A DNA stretch of 62,580 nt, counting the filler, from Platydemus manokwari (lineage: Eukaryota), in the NCBI GenBank assembly GCA_037951405.1. It is 5 parts of 5 records of this genome, joined end to end, with 100 filler letters (N's around TTAATTAATTAA, not from the genome) between each part and the next. Parts side by side here need not be neighbours in the genome. Positions count along the whole stretch, not along the records: positions 51,234 to 62,580 come from JBBMOY010745537.1; 4 more parts are not named here. One strand, given 5' to 3'. Below are positions 55,261-62,580 of the stretch, piece by piece; within the stretch, counting starts at the first letter, position 1; each line of letters starts with the position of its first letter. The notes under the pieces were generated by a model. It was given only the letters and a program-made list of their open reading frames with translations. It made no database searches and was not told the DNA's origin. The position numbers and the translations under genes are program-made.

Positions 55261-55794
55261 TTCATAATCTTATAATTCGCTTATTATTAATGATCCGGTC
55301 TCAATCATTTCCTTCATATTGACTATTACTTATCCCATTGACATGAGTATTTAGTTTTTTTAGTTTAATTTTAATTTGATGTAGGCATATATGTATAAAT
55401 TTAATTTTTATTATCGATTTTAAAGAAAATTTCTATTGCATATGATGATATGTGAGTATATATAATAGTATACATTTTCTCGATATCATTGATATATTAG
55501 TATCAATTAATATATTAATATTATTCCTATTGTGGTTAAAATCTTATTATTAATATTGTTCTTATCTTTGGATTACATCGATTTTTTTTATAAAATGAAA
55601 TATAATAATAATTCAAATTATTTATAGACACATTTCGGCAAAATATAGAAATAAACCAAGTTATTAATAAATATTATTTAGTCTTCTACATAAGCTTATA
55701 TTTTTTATAACACATTATATTTTATTTTATTATCAACATTTGTTTTATAGTTTATTAATATTATTAAATACAATAATTTCATTGTATATCTTAC

Positions 55795-58026
55795 CGGTTC
55801 ATGGATAACTTCTTGCAGCTGTGACTTAAGATGAACGAGTTGATTGGCATCCAATGACAACATCCATATACCACTTTCAGATATTTTAGTTTGCCCCAAA
55901 TCATTTCGTATGTTTCTAGTAACATGATCGATAATGATTCGTTGTTTACGAGGCATTATTTCCGACTGATTATAAGGAAATCCAAACTGAGTACAATGTA
56001 AAAAGATGTAATACGAAATCGCAAAGTGAAGTAAAAGGAAAGTCATACATTTTTTCGTATTTTTATTAGTTAAATACACAGTACCAGATAAAACCAAGCC
56101 AGGAATGATTAATATCAGAGCAGTAAGACCCGAAATGATAATATCCGGATAAGTTGGTCCCGCTCGACCAAAAATTGGAATAAAAACGTCATAAAGCATA
56201 AATATTAAATAGAAAAAATAACCAAATGGAATAGATAAAGACAATGTATCTCGAATGAAATGAACATAGTTGAAACTGAATTTCAGCAGATTGAATTTTT
56301 GCAAAATCTCCCTCAGAAAGATATTGAGAATAAAGAAAAACAACCATATTGCAACAACATAAACACTTAACAGTCGAACAGACGTCAACACAAAAGTCAG
56401 CAATGACAAAATAATCAAACTCGAACAAATATGATATTGGAAAGCTTTTTGAGACGATTGAAAACGACAGACAAATCGCGAAATAAATTGGTGATAAATG
56501 AAGAAATACCAAACCAATGGAACAAGATAGAGACCAACGATATGATATCGGATAGAATACCACGACATTCGACAACCAAACCGATGTACCAAGTAACCCA
56601 ATAGAATGGCTAATATTAAATTAGTAAAAACCCAAATTAATTGACTAATGACGGTTTTGAAAATATTTGTAAAATACCGATTATCGTCGAATTGCGAATA
56701 CCACAACACCAAGCCTACACTTACAATGCACAAACAGAAATTGATTAAAACGCCAAGCAATTCCGAATACGAAACCAAAGCCAATCCCATCAAATCGAAA
56801 TAAATAATACGTTGACTTGTCAAAATCGTATCTTTGACGAATTTCTCATCCTCAGGATAAATGGCGATATTCTCGCTATTGGCGAGTTTTATTGCCAATT
56901 GTAAAATATTATTTCCAGTATTGCGAAGGCATGTTTGTGGAATGCGATCTTCGGTGTCATATTTTGTGTGATAAACGTAACCATTGGCAACAAACGCGAT
57001 ATCAATCCCAGGTAGTCTTGAATAATCTCGGAAAACACGAAAATCCGTATCAGATGGAATCAAATCGGCGGAAAAGATTTCCTGTGCAATAATATTAGCC
57101 AGCGGTTGACGAAACACTAAAGCTAGTTCACTAATGAGCCACGGATTGTTTTTACTAGTTTGAAAGACCAATTGTCTGCCACCACTTCCAGCCGCTTCGA
57201 GATTGACGAACAATTTTACATCTTTGGCTAATTTATGTTGCGAAACGAATGCATGACTACCTTGGAGCATGTTTTCTTCGGCGCCATTGAACAGGAATAT
57301 CAAGTCGAACTTCAATGAAATTGGTTGATTCTTTAGAATCGAATGCATAGTTTCGAGCAAAACAACGCAGCTAGCCAAATCATCACTCGCTCCAACACCA
57401 CCAAAAAACGAATCGTAATGACAATTAAACAACACCGCCGGCGAATTTTGGCCGCGTCCGTCGGAATTCGTATCATGGAGTCGTACAACAATGTTTTTGA
57501 TTTGTTCATAAATCGATGTCACATCATTTCCAAAGAATTTCATATTAAACGAATTCAAATGAGCAAGTTGTTCATCGATTATCATTTCAATATTTGAATG
57601 ATCTTTACCGATGTAGAGTGATTTCAATTTTTCAAAATAATTCAATAAATATGTTGGAGTATGAATTTCATTTGCAATAGATCCCGCAGGCCGATAACCG
57701 AGTTTGCTTATCGCAATTAAATGGTTTCTTGCAAGAGTATCGTTAAAAGTAATATCCATTGGATTTTCACTCTTTTCAATGCGTAATAAACAGTACAAGA
57801 AATCATTTTCATAATCACATGACGCCTGCAATCTGGTAGCCAAGTCAAAAAGTAAAATTCCAACAGCAATCATGCATATCCAGTAAAAGAATGTTAACTT
57901 TTTATGATCATCATGATCAGATTCCGAATTCGACTCACTTGTGTCTCCTTTGCGAATTATGATATTTTCATGTGGGATTATATTAGGATCTTCTTTTTCG
58001 AATTTTTCTCGTTTCCGTAAACTCAT
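55795..58026 (-). CDS. ERMP1: Endoplasmic reticulum metallopeptidase 1-like (M28 family); 744-codon exon, downstream exon(s) not located
   Basis: N-terminal TM; M28 ligands NCHYDS, GASDD, GAEE, NLEAAGSGG, PSDTDFR, YHTKYD; multi-pass TM region. ATG at 58026; donor CCG|gtaaga at 55794. Confidence 0.93.
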
Positions 58027-59543
58027 TTGATTTTTTTCTCTATTTCTTGACAAAAATTAATCTATAGGATTTATGAAGTCATAATTCGCAAAAAGTATTA
58101 TTAAATAAAATTATTAGTTTAAACATTTTCAAATTAATATTTAGTTTAGTAAACAATATCTCATTAATAAAATTTGAGTTTTGAAAAAAGAATTTTTCCT
58201 TGGATTCACATTAATCTTTAGATCAATTTTTTTTTATCTTTAGCACTCTAACCTGTAAATATTATATTTGACACTCGAGTTCTATGAGAATTTAAAATAT
58301 TTCTAACTTAATTCATACTTACACTCAAGCAAAAAATTGACTATCGAAGTAGGTGGTACTTTGAGATGTGTAAATAAAAAATATGAACCAAAATATGAAT
58401 TAATTAGCAATTGTCCAATAAAAAATTATTCCAATGAATATTGTTACTCTTATGTTTCGAAACTTCTGATTTGAGATAAAATAATCAAAACTTCATAAGA
58501 ATAAATTTTTAGAAATCTTATCACTCAATTGTTTGTACTGGAGTAAGAAAAGCTAGGAGATTTAAATAAAAAACATATAACTGCAGTTTCCATTTCCACT
58601 TCGATTACTAATTTCTTCTCTTTGTGAATTCTACTTGAACCTATACCTTTTCTGTATTTACTTGTTTAATTTATGTTGTTCTCTATAAGTAGGTTTATGA
58701 TCAACTGGTTGGCCACATATTCATCAATATAATTATTACTTTTAATAAACACATTCATTCCTGTACATACACACATTATTTGGAATACACGGGTATTAAA
58801 GTTAGGTAATACTATGCATATATTATAATGAGAAGTTATTTATAAATGACTTATTTATTATTGGTAATGTTTTAAAATCCTCTAAAATATAATTATATGT
58901 AAAAAAGAGCATCAACAAGTCATGAAAAAAATAAAATATAAATAAGACTATTTTTAAATATGAACTAGCATAGTTCTTGAAAATAGATTATAAATAAAAC
59001 TAAGCACATGAATTACTTAAAAAATAAACAATATGACGTTATTACAATTCTTAATATTTATATTAATATGTACTAATTCTGAATTTCAAATTATAATTAG
59101 GAATCACAATACTTTACAGGAAACCAAATCGTCAAACAATCACAGTCCGAAATCACAATCACAGAAATCAAATTAATAATCAATTAACAGTGGTATCAGT
59201 ATTCGAAAGTTAGACAGTGACGACGATAACACTCGTTAAGACTAATTACTAGAAGATCACTTAAAGTCACAGCAGATAACAGTTACCCACCAAAAAACTG
59301 GTGGATTCTTGCGAGATCAATTTCCTTTTACGGGATTATTACTTGTTATCACACCTCGGTTTCTTAAATAATTTTCTTCTATTTATCGATGTTTGTTGGT
59401 TTCTTTTAGCATGCGCCAATAGATTATCGAGTTCTTAATAAGGATTGATATTGTTTGGTTCTCCTTTACAATTAATTAATCTCAGACTTCGAAATTAGAA
59501 AGCTAAGACTTTATTTCAGTTCTCAAAATATAAACAAAACTTA

Positions 59544-60700
59544 GCTTCCAACTGGCAATTGGCCATCTTTACATCGATATTTATATTCGAGATCTGTAAG
59601 TAATTTTTTGTATTATGTTGTATCACATTTTGATTCGATCTTTGCTTTTCGATGTTTGTATTCGATATAAATGAAGACACATAATTAACAAATTTGACAA
59701 AACGAAGAATTTATTTAACTTAGATTGCTAAACAAGAGTCTTTCGCAGCATTGAGTTATTTAATTGAACTAAAATGAACAAAATTTCATTCGAAGGGATT
59801 TATTTTTATGTTCTGTCAGCTTGAAATTTAAATTGTTTGCTAATTACTTGACTATCACTCGAAAGCTGTTGACTCAGTATTTAAATTCTATATTCAATCT
59901 GCTTTATTCATAATCTACACTTTGTTAATTCACTTGGATCAGAACTGAGATTTGCTATAATCATGTGTCCTTCTGTAACGATTGACAAATTCAATTTGTT
60001 GATCTAAAATTATAAATTGATTTCAGTTATCTAAAGTAATCATTTTAATTAAAAAGAGCGAATATAATGGGAATTATAATCAGCAAGATAGCTAAATCAA
60101 GTTGTTGCTATGATTTTTTTTAATTCGAATCTGTTATTAAGTCAATTAATTCTGACACACTTTCGCTTATATCTGTTCCATAAATTCTGGGTAAGTATTG
60201 TTGGGGTATTAACGAATATCAAACTCTGACTCCTCGAAAGTATATTAATCAATATACAAAACACACTTACAAACCTCGACAAATCAATATATAAAACACA
60301 CTGACAAAATCTCGGTAATCGATATGAGCTCAATAACTTCATCAAATCTGGCTTCCAACTGGCGGTTATCTATCTTTACATTGCTTTTTATACTCGTGGT
60401 CTGTGTACATCTTCCTGTGTCATGATGTACTACAATTTGATTTCATGTTTGTCTTTCTGTGTTCTTATTGGGTATTTAGGTTTTTACATGAATGGGATTG
60501 GTCAATCCCTAGATGTGTGTTCTGTGTAGTTATGCCCTTTTTCCCGATTGTAATTTGCTAGCTAGCTTCACTGTAATTGGCCGATTGGCATGCCTGTATG
60601 GTCGTACAGGCATGCAAATGTTCAAAGTGCCAAAACAAGGGTTCCAATGTGAAATTTCGTTTTTCTTTTTGCTGAATTTAATCTCACTCAACAGTATCAC
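59544..60700 (-). mobile_element. Two diverged copies of a probable LTR-retrotransposon integrase C-terminal segment
   Basis: 59544-59660 and 60351-60470 align (gcttccaactggc..atctttacat..). Minus frame EYKKQCKDR*PPVGSQ; preceded by SHWNLVLAL. Confidence 0.35.
60588..60615. repeat. Perfect 11-bp inverted repeat (hairpin)
   Basis: gcatgcctgta-tggtcg-tacaggcatgc. Confidence 0.9.
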
Positions 60701-62580
60701 TTCAACCGCATTTCTGAAATAATAATTAAATACGACATTTCCGAGTTCAATCAAAAAATTTACAACAACATAGCATGACTATTTTATTATTATCTATTTT
60801 ATTCAATTTATAAGACATAACAATCTTTACTCAGATATTTAAAAAAATTTAGTCCAAAAAATTTTAACTTATAATAATGATTATAATTCAAAATCCCAAG
60901 GTTTTTCAATCCTAAGTTTCACAAAAAAATTGCAAGTGAATATAATTTTCAAAATTACCAGTTTACATCCTGTAAACTTAACCGATTATTATTATTACTA
61001 TTATTATTATCATTGTTATTATTATTACTATTATTGAATAGAAATAACAATGATAAACAATACATATCTTTCTACTAAGACATTAAAAAGTTCTAAAAAC
61101 CAACAATATATTGATAATAAATATACATTTTCGTGCTGTTTCATATATACGAAAGTTGTTTTTGAATTTGTAATTATTTTGTAATGGACCCAATGACATA
61201 TTTCCTTCTTAGGTGTTTGTTTGGTTTGTTTATTATTAATTTGCATCAATGTTTCCTGTCATCGTTTAGCTTTCAATTGCTTCTTAGTAAATTTGTTATT
61301 TTCGTATTTTTTTAATATTTTAAATATATTGGATATTTGGAATATTTCCAAAGATAATTTTAAGAGTCATGATTTCCGTTGATCGAGTAAAATTTCTATC
61401 TATATATCCATTTATTTTAATTTTAAAACGTTGCGATTATAATGTGCTTTAATTTATGGTTAGTTCAAAATAGAAAATTCCGTTTATATAATCTCAATTT
61501 TCACTACAGTACAATGATAAAATACATTATTTGGCCTTATCATAAACAGAGGTCTATCATTTTGGTATCTAAAATATGTAAAATAAATTAAAAGTAATAA
61601 TAATAAAGGATAATATATATTAAATATTATTTAATTTAATAAAAAAAGTCACTCACTCTTTAATTAGTCTGAAAAAATTCCTAACAAAGTAGATAAATTT
61701 ATATATAAATTTAATTTATTAGTTGTATTAAGTTTTAAAATTGAATTTGTTTGTTTTTGAAGTTGAAAATCTTTAAATAATGAGAATATAAATCTAAAAC
61801 AATTATCTCAAAAATTGGAGATTGGCCATTATGAGAACAGTGTAAACAGTGAATCGATTCCATCATATGCACAATAAGAAATTCAACTTGAGTTGAGAAC
61901 AGTATCTTGAGTCTAAATTTTGGATAAAGCTAATGGAACATATTGACACAGTGATAAACGTATTGAAACATATTGGGTTAATAAATTATATTAAATCGCA
62001 AAAATTAAAAAATTGCGAATTTAAATGTGTTTGATCTGTGCCTGGAAAAGAATGACATTTTTTATCAACCAGCTTTTATTGGATGTTATTTTCTGTTGAT
62101 GTCTTGTGATGTTAATAATCATACACGTGAGTTCAATCTATATGAAATTAAAGTTGGATTCATATAAAAAACAGCTCACAAAACAATCGAATACTTTTAA
62201 TTAAACAGACATCACAATGCACAATTTGATTCAACTCAATTACATTATTACTTTCAAAAAAGGAATTGATACCTATTAGTGAGCAATCGATATCATCAAA
62301 CTTCTAATACAGTTAGCTGAGTATTTTCATGTATGTTGACTTGATAGTTATAGCTCAGTAAATTGTTATGGTTTGGAATTTTTCTGAGCCCTAATCATTA
62401 ATGACACTTATAATTTTCAATTTACAATTTTACTATTATTTACGACTCATTACCACAAGCTTATTATTGTATTTAGGATTTTATTTATATATTTACACAA
62501 ACTAACAACATAATTTGAATTATCACAAAAATAAATCAGATTGTCATAAAGATAATCAAAAAAATGGAATCATAACAAAG

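Noticed and set aside
56189-57597. Short ORFs overlapping ERMP1, and likewise 48300..48605 over eIF3g and 41660..42172 opposite the retrotransposon
   Set aside because: Shadow frames of real coding sequence with no recognisable motifs.

Overview
Very AT-rich eukaryotic (animal) genomic DNA with GT-AG introns, several only ~47-49 nt, and (AAT)n microsatellites. A flatworm-like source is plausible but cannot be proven from the sequence alone. Four 100-bp artificial spacers (N44-TTAATTAATTAA-N44) split the window. Four host genes are recognisable: a spliced caspase with an atypical LCCQG active-site motif (partial), 60S acidic ribosomal protein P2 (3 exons, complete), an intronless eIF3g, and an ERMP1-type M28 membrane metallopeptidase (2.2-kb exon, 3' exons not located). 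Most of the rest is decayed transposons. These include two restriction-like-endonuclease non-LTR retrotransposons (one with a Ulp1-type protease and PHD-like Cys clusters, NeSL-like; the other bracketed by a ~61-bp direct repeat), Gypsy and BEL/Pao LTR debris, several mariner/Tc1/pogo remnants, a hAT MITE with TSD, and multiple Merlin (ISXO2-like) remnants. I found no tRNA, rRNA, CRISPR or convincing ribozyme. I see no strong evidence of a wholly new system. The best leads are the PHD+Ulp1 retrotransposon, the LCCQG caspase, the possible long TSD and an almost G-free tract. All motif matches were made by eye, and transposon-remnant boundaries are approximate.
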